Shown piece by piece: positions 10,157-21,289 of a stretch of DNA of 32,000 bases. The notes below the pieces were generated by a model, which saw nothing but the letters and a program-made list of their open reading frames with translations, ran no database searches and was not told the DNA's origin. The position numbers and the translations under genes were made by a program. Source of the stretch: Vibrio alginolyticus NBRC 15630 = ATCC 17749 (lineage in GTDB: Bacteria > Pseudomonadota > Gammaproteobacteria > Enterobacterales > Vibrionaceae). The first letter of the stretch is position 1. The number at the start of each line of letters is the position of its first letter. The stretch covers positions 720,001-752,000 of the forward strand of contig NC_022349.1 of assembly GCF_000354175.2 (NCBI RefSeq), read 5' to 3'.

Positions 10157-11074
10157 AAGGGTTGACAGAAAAGTACCCCGTTTTACTGTCGCCATCATTA
10201 TCAGTAATAGTGTAGTTAAAATCGATATCCCCATCGCCATAAGGTGAGGTCAAAGGCAAGTATTGGAAGAACTCCCATTTTCCAGTGCTAGGTGTAAGTT
10301 GAACTTCGAATGCAAGCTCTCCATCAGCCTCTGCAATCAGTCTATTAGAGTTTTGTGGATCGACGTATATCAACACGTCTTTACCATCTAGAGTCTCTAA
10401 ACCAGCCTCACCTCCATTTAAGACTATAGAACCAGGGCCATCAGCTCCATATACAGCACCGAGGTTCCCATCCGCACTAGCAATTGGCACGCCAGAGTAC
10501 GCACCTGTAAAGGTTATTGATTTAACGGTAAAGTCACTGTTGTCTTCAGTATCCGGGCCATTGCCATTACTGGTCGCCTCGAGGATGATTTTATCAAAGC
10601 CTCCCTGTTGAACATTGAAATTTGCCGCGTAATCACCACTGCTTGCGTCAGAGCTGAACGATTGCTGAGCAATTAATACACCATCTCTATAAAAAGATGC
10701 GATTCCTTTCTCAAGTTCACCACCAAACATTTTCTCAAATTCTATTTCTGCTCCGTAAGCAACTTTATTGCCTAAGTCTATGATTAACTGCTCTGATACA
10801 CCCTCATTACCCGCGAATCGATAATCGACTTCGTTTTCTAATTGGAAGCCGTTGTTACCAGAACTTTTAACGCCAATCCCTTCTGATGATTGATTGATTT
10901 CAGCTGTTCCCAGCATCACAGATTCGTCAGACACAAAACCGTTTGCAGTCACAACAACGTCCCCAAATGTTCGACTGGTTGCATCTGCCTCACTTCCTGC
11001 AAAATCTATGCGCCCTGTCAGAACGTTAGGTGCACCAGTAAGCGACACATCGACGGGTTGAACAACAACAGGCA

Positions 11075-11545
11075 CGTATGGGCAATCATCTTCAACGGCC
11101 ACATTTAAGCTTTGAGATGTTGTTGTTTGTCCATCACTTACAGAAATCTGTAAATCAAAGTTGATGATGTCTTCCACATCATTAACAGGATGATCAAGTG
11201 GCTCAAACAGAGTAATAGTATAGTCCCAAGAGCCTTGACCTGAAGCTGAAGGCTCGCTCAGCACAACAGTAGCAACAACGCTCAGGTGAGCAGTTTTCGC
11301 AGTCAGCGTTTGAGTACTGTTGTCCCACGTCCACGATATAGGCTCCCCTCCTGATGTTAGGTTGTTAGGGCCTGCCAATACCACTGAAACATTCGCCGTG
11401 TCTGGATCGGCAACTGTGAATGTTCCTGAGAAACTTGCGGAGTTAGTGGTGTCTGAAGGTGCTCCTGTATTATCAGGGATACCATTAGCTAAACCTTCTT
11501 CCGAAACAACTGCATTCACAACATTTGAAATAGAAGGAGGAGCAT
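11075..11545 (-). other. T1SS-143-like repeat module, copy 1, adhesin 1
   Basis: APPSISNVVNAVVSEEGLANGIPDNTG...TSGGEPISWTW...LFEPLDHPVND...NVAVEDDCP. Confidence 0.55.
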
Positions 11546-11549
11546 CATT

Positions 11550-14500
11550 ATCAATAATCGTTGCCGTACCGGTATCGCTGCCTTGCACTGCACCAATGCC
11601 GGTTACTGTCACGCTGAAATCTTCAGGGCCTTCATAAACAGCGTCATCAATGGAAGCAATACGCACATCAAACTCAGTTTGCCCCGCTGGCACCGTTACT
11701 ACACCATCGTTTGGCACTGCAACCCAACCGCTTCCGGTGTTGTATTCCAAGGTACCTAAGTCACCGGCTTCGGTATCGCCTAAGTTGAGGCCAAGCTCGA
11801 CTTGAACTGTAGACTCGGAGGCGTTCGACAACGTCACTTTGAAATTCGCTGTCTCACCCTCATTGATGGTGCCAGCGTCTGAAATAGTCACGCTTGGACG
11901 GTCATCATCCGGATCAGGGCCCGGACCCGTGCCATCGTCCACTATCGTTGCCGTACCCGTATCACTGCCTTGTACTGCGGCAATGCCGGTTACTGTCACA
12001 CTGAAATCTTCAGGGCCTTCATAAACAGCATCATCAATGGCAGCGATACGCACATCAAACTCAGTTTGCCCTGCCGGCACGGTCACCACACCATCGTTTG
12101 GCACTGTCACCCAACCGCTTCCGGTGTTGTATTCCAAGGTACCTAAGTCACCGGCTTCGGTATCGCCTAAGTTGAGGCCAAGCTCGACTTGAACTGTAGA
12201 CTCGGAGGCGTTCGACAACGTCACTTTGAAATTCGCTGTCTCACCCTCATTGATGGTGCCAGCATCTGAAATAGTCACGCTTGGACGGTCATCATCCGGA
12301 TCAGGGCCCGGACCCGTGCCATCGTCCACTATCGTTGCCGTACCCGTATCGCTGCCTTGTACTGCGCCAATGCCAGTCACCGTCACACTGAAATCTTCAG
12401 GGCCTTCATAAACCGCGTCATCAATGGAAGCAATACGCACATCAAACTCAGTTTGCCCTGCTGGCACCGTTACTACGCCATCGTTTGGCACTGCAACCCA
12501 ACCGGAGCCTGTGTTGTATTCTAAGGTGCCTAAGTCACCGGCTTCGGTGTCGCCTAAGTTGAGGCCTAGCTCGACTTGAACTGTGGACTCGGAGGCGTTC
12601 GATAGCGTCACTTTGAAGTTCGCTGTCTCACCCTCATTGATGGTGCCAGCATCTGAAATAGTCACGCTTGGACGGTCATCATCCGGATCAGGGCCCGGAC
12701 CCGTGCCATCGTCCACTATCGTTGCCGTACCCGTATCGCTGCCTTGCACTGCGCCAATGCCGGTCACCGTCACACTGAAATCTTCAGGGCCTTCGTACAC
12801 CGCGTCATCAATGGAAGCAATACGCACATCAAACTCAGTTTGCCCTGCTGGCACCGTTACTACGCCATCGTTTGGCACTGCAACCCAACCGGAGCCTGTG
12901 TTGTATTCTAAGGTGCCTAAGTCACCGGCTTCGGTATCGCCTAAATTGAGGCCTAGCTCGACTTGAACTGTGGACTCGGAGGCATTCGATAGCGTCACTT
13001 TGAAGTTGGCTGTCTCACCCTCATTGATGGTGCCAGCATCTGAGATAGTCACGCTTGGACGGTCATCATCCGGATCAGGGCCCGGACCCGTGCCATCATC
13101 CACTATCGTTGCCGTACCGGTATCGCTGCCTTGTACTGCGCCAATGCCGGTTACTGTCACACTGAAATCTTCAGGGCCTTCATACACCGCATCATCAATG
13201 GAAGCAATACGCACATCAAACTCAGTTTGCCCTGCTGGCACCGTTACCACACCATCGTTTGGCACTGCCACCCAACCGCATCCTGTGTTGTATTCTAAGG
13301 TGCCTAAGTCACCGGCTTCGGTGTCACCTAAATTGAGGCCTAGCTCGACTTGAACTGTAGCACTCGGAGGCGTTCGATAGCGTCACTTTGAAGTTCGCTG
13401 TCTCACCCTCATTGATGGTGCCAGCATCTGAAATAGTCACGCTTGGACGGTCATCATCCGGATCAGGGCCCGGACCCGTGCCATCATCCACTATCGTTGC
13501 CGTACCCGTATCGCTGCCTTGCACTGCCCCAATGCCAGTCACCGTCACACTGAAATCTTCAGGACCTTCATACACAGCATCATCAATGGAAGCAATACGC
13601 ACATCAAACTCAGTTTGCCCCTGCTGGCACCGTTACTACGCCATCGTTTGGCACTGCAACCCAACCGGAGCCTGTGTTGTATTCTAAGGTGCCTAAGTCA
13701 CCGGCTTCGGTGTCACCTAAGTTGAGGCCTAGCTCGACTTGAACTGTGGACTCGGAGGCGTTCGATAGCGTCACTTTGAAGTTCGCTGTCTCACCCTCAT
13801 TGATGGTGCCAGCATCTGAAATAGTCACGCTTGGACGGTCATCATCCGGATCAGGGCCCGGACCCGTGCCGTCATCCACTATCGTTGCCGTACCCGTATC
13901 GCTGCCTTGCACTGCGCCAATGCCAGTCACCGTCACACTGAAATCTTCAGGGCCTTCTTAAACGGCGTCATCAATGGAAGCAATACGCACATCAAACTCA
14001 GTTTGCCCTGCTGGCACCGTTACTACGCCATCGTTTGGCACTGCCACCCAACCGGAGCCTGTGTTGTATTCTAAGGTGCCTAAGTCACCGGCTTCGGTGT
14101 CACCTAAGTTGAGGCCTAGCTCGACTTGAACTGTAGACTCGGAGGCATTCGATAGCGTCACTTTGAAGTTCGCTGTATCACCCTCATTGATGGGTGCAGC
14201 ATCTGAGATAGTCACGCTTGGACGGTCATCATCCGGATCAGGGGCCTGGACCAGTGCCATCGTCCACTATCGTGGCCGTACCCGTATCGCTGCCTTGGAC
14301 TGCCCCAATGCCAGTCACCGTCACACTGAAATCTTCAGGGCCTTCATAAACGGGCTTCATCAATGGAAGCAATACGCACATCAAACTCAGTTTGCCCTGC
14401 TGGCACCGTTACTACGCCATCGTTTGGCACTGCAACCCAACCGGAGCCTGTGTTGTATTCTAAGGTGCCTAAGTCACCGGCTTCGGTATCGCCTAAGTTG

Positions 14501-17500
14501 AGGCCTAGCTCGACTTGAACTGTGGACTCGGAGGCATTCGATAGCGTCACTTTGAAGTTCGCTGTCTCACCCTCATTGATGGTGCCAGCATCTGAAATAG
14601 TCACGCTTGGACGGTCATCATCCGGATCAGGGCCCGGACCCGTGCCATCATCCACTATCGTTGCCGTACCCGTATCGCTGCCTTGTACTGCCCCAATGCC
14701 GGTTACTGTCACACTGAAATCTTCAGGGCCTTCATAAACGGCGTCATCAATGGAAGCAATACGCACATCAAACTCTGTTTGCCCTGCGAGCACCGTTACT
14801 ACGCCATCGTTTGGCACTGCAACCCAACCGGTAGCCTGTGTTGTATTCTAAGGTGCCTAAGTCACCGGCTTCGGTGTCGCCGAGATTCAGGCCTAGCTCT
14901 ACTTGAACTGTGGACTCGGAGGCATTCGATAGCGTCACTTTGAAGTTCGCTGTCTCACCCTCATTGATGGTGCCAGCATCTGAAATAGTCACGCTTGGAC
15001 GGTCATCATCCGGATCAGGGCCCGGACCAGTGCCGTCGTCCACTATCGTTGCCGTACCCGTATCGCTGCCTTGTACTGCCCCAATGCCAGTCACCGTCAC
15101 ACTGAAATCTTCAGGGCCTTCATAAACCGCATCATCAATGGAAGCAATACGCACATCAAACTCAGTTTGCCCTGCTGGCACCGTTACTACGCCATCGTTT
15201 GGCACTGCAACCCAACCGGAGCCTGTGTTGTATTCTAAGGTGCCTAAGTCACCGACTTCGGTGTCGCCTAAGTTGAGGCCTAGCTCGACTTGAACTGTGG
15301 ACTCGGAGGCATTCGATAGCGTCACTTTGAAGTTCGCTGTCTCACCCTCATTGATGGTGCCAGCATCTGAGATAGTCACGCTTGGACGGTCATCATCCGG
15401 ATCAGGGGCCCGGACCCGTGCCATCATCCACTATCGTTGCCGTACCCGTATCGCTGCCTTGCACTGCCCCAATGCCAGTCACCGTCACACTGAAATCTTC
15501 AGGGCCTTCGTACACCGCATCATCAATGGAAGCAATACGCACATCAAACTCAGTTTGCCCTGCTGGCACCGTTACTACGCCATCGTTTGGCACTGCAACC
15601 CAACCGGAGCCTGTGTTGTATTCTAAGGTGCCTAAGTCACCGACTTCGGTATCGCCTAAGTTGAGGCCTAGCTCGACTTGAACTGTGGACTCGGAGGCAT
15701 TCGATAGCGTCACTTTGAAGTTCGCTGTCTCACCCTCATTGATGGTGCCAGCATCTGAAATAGTCACGCTTGGACGGTCATCATCCGGATCAGGGCCCGG
15801 ACCCGTGCCATCATCCACTATCGTTGCCGTACCCGTATCGCTGCCTTGTACTGCCCCAATGCCAGTCACCGTCACACTGAAATCTTCAGGGCCTTCGTAA
15901 ACCGCATCATCAATGGAAGCAATGCGCACATCAAACTCAGTTTGCCCTGCTGGCACCGTTACTACGCCATCGTTTGGCACTGCCACCCAACCGGAGCCTG
16001 TGTTGTATTCTAAGGTGCCTAAGTCACCGGCTTCGGTGTCACCTAAGTTGAGGCCTAGCTCGACTTGAACTGTAGACTCGGAGGCATTCGATAGCGTCAC
16101 TTTGAAGTTCGCTGTCTCACCCTCATTGATGGTGCCAGCATCTGAGATAGTCACGCTTGGACGGTCATCATCCGGATCAGGGCCCGGACCCGTGCCATCG
16201 TCCACTATCGTTGCCGTACCCGTATCGCTGCCTTGCACTGCGCCAATGCCAGTCACCGTCACACTGAAATCTTCAGGGCCTTCGTACACCGCATCATCAA
16301 TGGAAGCGATACGCACATCAAACTCAGTTTGCCCTGCTGGCACCGTTACTACGCCATCGTTTGGCACTGCAACCCAACCGGAGCCTGTGTTGTATTCTAA
16401 GGTGCCTAAGTCACCGGCTTCGGTATCGCCTAAGTTGAGGCCTAGCTCGACTTGAACAGTAGACTCGGAGGCATTCGACAGCGTCACTTTGAAGTTGGCT
16501 GTCTCACCCTCATTGATGGTGCCAGCATCTGAAATAGTCACGCTTGGACGGTCATCATCCGGATCAGGGCCCGGACCAGTGCCATCATCCACTATCGTTG
16601 CCGTACCCGTATCGCTGCCTTGCACTGCCCCAATGCCAGTTACTGTCACACTGAAATCTTCAGGGCCTTCGTAAACGGCGTCATCAATGGAAGCAATACG
16701 CACATCAAACTCAGTTTGCCCCGCTGGCACCGTTACCACGCCATCGTTTGGCACTGCAACCCAACCGCTTCCGGTGTTGTATTCTAAGGTGCGTAAGTCA
16801 CCGGCTTCGGTATCGCCTAAGTTGAGGCCAAGCTCGACTTGAACTGTAGCCTCGGAGGCGTTCGATAGCGTCACTTTGAAGTTCGCTGTCTCACCCTCAT
16901 TGATGGTGCCAGCATCTGAAATAGTCACGCTTGGACGGTCATCATCCGGATCGGGGCCCGGACCCGTACCATCATCCACTATCGTTGCCGTACCGGTATC
17001 GCTGCCTTGCACTGCGCCAATGCCAGTTACTGTCACACTGAAATCTTCAGGGCCTTCATAAACAGCGTCATCAATGGAAGCGATACGCACATCAAACTCA
17101 GTTTGCCCCGCTGGCACCGTTACTACGCCATCGTTTGGCACTGCAACCCAACCGGAGCCTGTGTTGTATTCTAAGGTGCCTAAGTCACCGGCTTCGGTAT
17201 CGCCCAAGTTGAGGCCTAGCTCGACTTGAACTGTAGACTCGGAGGCGTTCGACAGCGTCACTTTGAAGTTCGCTGTCTCACCCTCATTGATGGTGCCAGC
17301 ATCTGAGATAGTCACGCTTGGACGGTCATCATCCGGATCAGGGCCCGGACCAGTGCCATCGTCCCACTATCGTTGCCGTACCGGTATCGCTGCCTTGCAC
17401 TGCGCCAATGCCAGTCACTGTCACACTGAAATCTTCAGGGCCTTCGTAAACCGCGTCATCAATGGAAGCAATACGCACATCAAACTCAGTTTGCCCTGCT

Positions 17501-20045
17501 GGCACCGTTACCACGCCATCGTTTGGCACTGCAACCCAACCGCATCCGGTGTTGTATTCTAAGGTGCCTAAGTCACCGGCTTCGGTATCGCCTAAGTTGA
17601 GGCCAAGCTCGACTTGAACTGTAGACTCGGAGGCGTTCGATAGCGTCACTTTGAAGTTCGCTGTCTCACCCTCATTGATGGTGCCAGCATCTGAAATAGT
17701 CACGCTTGGACGGTCATCATCCGGATCAGGGCCCGGACCCGTGCCATCGTCCACTATCGTTGCCGTACCGGTATCGCTGCCTTGCACTGCCCCAATGCCA
17801 GTCACCGTCACACTGAAATCTTCAGGGCCTTCATACACAGCGTCATCAATGGAAGCAATACGCACATCAAACTCAGTTTGCCCCGCTGGCACCGTTACTA
17901 CGCCATCGTTTGGCACTGCAACCCAACCGCAGCCGGTGTTGTATTCTAAGGTGCCTAAGTCACCGGTTTCGGTATCGCCTAGGTTGAGACCAAGCTCGAC
18001 TTGAACTGTAGATTCGGAGGCGTTCGATAGCGTCACTTTGAAGTTCGCTGTCTCACCCTCATTGATGGTGCCAGCATCTGAAATAGTCACGCTTGGACGG
18101 TCATCATCCGGATCAGGGCCTGGACCCGTGCCATCGTCCACTATCGTTGCCGTACCGGTATCGCTGCCTTGCACTGCGCCAATGCCAGTCACCGTCACAC
18201 TGAAATCTTCAGGGCCTTCGTACACGGCATCATCAATGGAAGCAATACGCACATCAAACTCAGTTTGCCCTGCTGGCACCGTTACTACGCCATCGTTTGG
18301 CACTGCAACCCAACCGGAGCCTGTGTTGTATTCTAAGGTGCCTAAGTCACCGGCTTCGGTATCGCCCAAGTTCAGGCCCAGCTCGACTTGAGCAGTGGAC
18401 TCGGAGGCGTTCGAGAGCGTCACTTTGAAGTTCGCTGTATCACCCTCATTAATGGTGCCAGCATCTGAAATAGTCACGCTTGGACGATCATCATCCGGAT
18501 CAGGGCCCGGACCAGCGCCGTCATCCACGATCGTCGCCGTACCGGTATCGCTGCCTTGTACTGCCCCAATGCCAGTTACAGTCACACTGAAATCTTCAGG
18601 GCCTTCGTACACCGCGTCATCAATGGAAGCAATACGCACATCAAACTCAGTTTGCCCCGCTGGCACCGTCACCACACCATCGTTTGGCACTGCCACCCAA
18701 CCGCTTCCGGTGTTGTATTCCAAGGTACCTAAGTCACCGGCTTCGGTATCACCTAAGTTGAGGCCAAGCTCGACTTGAACTGTAGACTCGGAGGCATTCG
18801 ACAGCGTCACTTTGAAGTTGGCTGTCTCACCCCTCATTGATGGTGCCAGCATCTGAGATAGTCACGCTTGGACGGTCATCATCCGGATCAGGGCCCGGAC
18901 CCGTGCCATCATCCACTATCGTTGCCGTACCCGTATCGCTGCCTTGCACCGCCCCAATGCCAGTCACCGTCACGCTGAAATCTTCAGGACCTTCATAAAC
19001 AGCATCATCAATGGAAGCGATACGCACATCAAACTCAGTTTGCCCCGCTGGCACCGTTACTACGCCATCGTTTGGCACTGCAACCCAACCGGAGCCTGTG
19101 TTGTATTCCAAGGTACCTAAGTCACCGGCTTCGGTATCGCCCAAGTTCAGGCCTAGCTCGACTTGAACAGTGGACTCGGAGGCATTCGACAACGTCACTT
19201 TGAAGTTGGCTGTCTCACCCTCATTGATGGTGCCAGCATCTGAAATAGTCACATTCGGGCGGTCATCATCCGGATCGGGGCCTGGCCCAGTGCCATCGTC
19301 CACGATCGTCGCCGTCCCCGTATCGCTGCCTTGTACTGCGCCAATGCCGGTTACTGTCACACTGAAATCTTCAGGGCCTTCGTAAACGGCGTCATCAACA
19401 GAAGCGATGCGCACATCAAACTCAGTTTGCCCTGCTGGCACCGTTACTACGCCATCGTTTGGCACTGCAACCCAACCACTTCCCGTGTTGTATTCTAGGG
19501 TGCCTAAGTCTCCAACTTCGGTGTCACCTAAGTTCAGGCCTAGCTCGACTTGAACAGTGGACTCGGAGGCATTTGACAGCGTCACTTTGAAGTTCGCTGT
19601 CTCACCCTCATTGATGGTGCCAGCATCTGAGATAGTCACGCTTGGACGGTCATCATCCGGATCAGGGCCCGGACCACTGCCGTCGTCCACGATCGTCGCC
19701 GTCCCCGTATCGCTGCCTTGCACTGCACCAATGCCAGTCACTGTCACACTGAAATCTTCAGGACCTTCATAAACGGCGTCATCAATGGAAGCGATACGCA
19801 CATCAAACTCAGTTTGCCCCGCTGGCACCGTTACTACGCCATCGTTTGGCACTGCAACCCAACCGGAGCCTGTGTTGTATTCTAAGGTGCCTAAGTCTCC
19901 AACTTCGGTGTCACCTAAGTTCAGGCCTAGCTCGACTTGAACAGTGGACTCGGAGGCATTCGACAGCGTCACTTTGAAGTTCGCTGTCTCACCCTCATTA
20001 ACCGTACCTGCATCACTCATCGTTACCGCTGGGCGATCATCATCA
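11550..20045 (-). repeat. 22 tandem copies of a 387-bp unit encoding a 129-aa Calx-beta domain plus a GPGPDPDDD linker
   Basis: The landmark ttgaagttcgctgtctcaccctcattga recurs at 11839, 12226, 12613, 13000, 13388 ... 19587, 19974. Spacing is 387 bp, or 388-389 where insertions occur. Unit DRPSVTISDAGTINEGETANFKVTLSNASESTVQVELGL...QTEFDVRIASIDDAVYEGPEDFSVTVTG...TATIVDDGTGPGPDPDD carries the Calx-beta DDxxxExxExF signature. One divergent Calx-beta domain lies N-terminal at about 20050-20470. Confidence 0.95.
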
Positions 20046-20479
20046 GGATTTGAGCCAGGTCCACTACCATCATCTAAAATAGTGGCAGTCCCAGTAACAG
20101 GTGTGCTTTGTTCTTCTGTCGTGCCAGAGAGCGTAAACGTTTCTGGGCCTTCAAATACAGAGTCGTCAATAGAGTCTATAGAGACCGTAAAGTCACTTTC
20201 ACCCGGTGGGATCGAAATGGTAAAGGTTCCGCTTTCACCGACTGAAACTTCTTCTGTTGTACCATCAGAAAATGTTATGAGGACACGCTCATTGACGTAG
20301 TCACTCCCGTTCTCGTCAGCTGAGCCGCCTGTTGCGGTTCCATCAAGGAGAGAAAGAATGACATCAGTGTTGTCTTCAGTTGTTTGACTTAGAGTAATAT
20401 CGAATACAACTTGGTCACCTTCGTTGATAGTCGGACTAGATATTTCTTGAACTAAGATAGTCGGTGGTACAGGGCCATT

Positions 20480-20911
20480 AATTACTCTGAAAAGATCCAA
20501 CAAAGATAGTGCTTGAGTTGTAGATAGTCCGATTCCATCAATACCGACGGTCTCAAAATTCGTACTAGCCAACAATTCAGCGCCAGTACGATCTATTGCA
20601 CCAGTATTTTGGGGGCTAGAACCACTTTCCTCACCTGCAGCTGGCTCAAAATCCTCACCAAGAGCAGTAGGGTCTTCTCCACTAGCGATAGCCTCGATTA
20701 GCGCAGTGACATCATCAGTAACGTTAATTGAACTACCTTGCGGTGTTACCTGTTGTACAATTAATTCTGATGTATCAGAAACTTCCTCAATAATTAATTC
20801 ACCAGGCTGAGGTAGCTGACCACTTTCAAGACTTCTCAGGTTCCCATCAAGCCCTATAACCACGACATTGCTCATCAATGAACTTAACGCTACTCGATCC
20901 ATGCTCTTCAT
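20480..20911 (-). other. N-terminal retention (LapA/BapA-prefix-like) module of adhesin 1 with a PAAG di-alanine motif
   Basis: VVVIGLDGNLRSLESGQLPQPGELIIEEV beta-rich plug-like N-terminus. An acidic linker contains E-P-A-A-G-E (revcomp of 20632-20646), matching the LapG [T/A/P]-A-A-G cleavage consensus. Confidence 0.6.
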
Positions 20912-21289
20912 CCTTGTATTAGTTTAATTAAAGGCTTGTTACTGCACTAAACACGTCTATAGTTTAGACAAAATATGAATTTTTCGTTTTATTCCAAGAG
21001 GATTTAGTTTTTGAGAGTAATAAGGAAAATAACCGAAGAATTTGCCTTCATTTAAACCAGTTTCCGCTATGCTCTTAAGATAAAAAGGTTTTCTACGAAA
21101 AAATCGACCACTTACCAAGCAAGCTTTGCCTCGTATGCTAGAGTTTAGAGAGTAAGATTGTTGTTTTTATTGAATTAAACATTTAAACATCAACAAGTTG
21201 ATAATACGCACTAAGAAAATTCATTGTTTGTAACTTCTCGTCTCAAATATGAAACAGAATAAGAGCGACATGATTTTAGGAGAACTAAC
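20912..21289. promoter_or_regulatory. AT-rich divergent control region between adhesin 1 (-) and the tolC-like/ompA-like operon (+)
   Basis: 378 bp without ORFs, markedly AT-rich. Contains the perfect palindrome ATCAACAAGTTGAT at 21189-21202. RBS aggag (21278-21282) lies 7 nt before GTG 21290. Confidence 0.6.

Larger units (their letters stand above)
8331..20911 (-). pseudogene. Giant T1SS-secreted, LapA/RTX-adhesin-like Calx-beta repeat adhesin (about 4,190 aa if repaired), frame-disrupted in this sequence
   Basis: Nine consecutive minus-strand ORFs (8331-13271 ... 18827-20911) encode the same 129-aa repeat and read through one another once eight single extra bases are removed. The extra bases are near 13361, 13617-13621, 14241-14249, 14351-14358, 14832, 15405-15408, 17363-17365 and 18830-18833. 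One TAA (13958-13960, consensus TAT) must also be reverted. 12581-8=12573=3x4191. N-terminal retention module, C-terminal VWA domain and T1SS signal. The start is either ATG 20911 or, better spaced from the aagga RBS, ATG 20902. Confidence 0.85.

Noticed and set aside
13361-18833. Programmed ribosomal frameshifting or slipped-strand phase variation as the cause of the frame breaks
   Set aside because: The runs are only 4-5 nt, there are eight separate sites, and three are not in homopolymers. No slippery heptamer or downstream structure is seen. Assembly error or decay is more parsimonious.
11550-20045. Regularly spaced repeats that might suggest a CRISPR array or satellite
   Set aside because: The units are directly abutting, with no unique spacers. 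They are 387 bp long, a multiple of three, and encode a recognisable protein domain in one frame.
11320-20300. About 30 plus-strand ORFs of 61-127 aa (MDSEAFDSVTLKFAVSPSL..., MKFAVSPSLMVPASEI...) recurring every 387 bp
   Set aside because: They are antisense mirror frames of the Calx-beta repeat. They are open only because the sense strand is GC-rich and repetitive. The sequences are low-complexity Ser/Pro/Val, they lack RBSs, and they start at TTG/GTG artefact positions.
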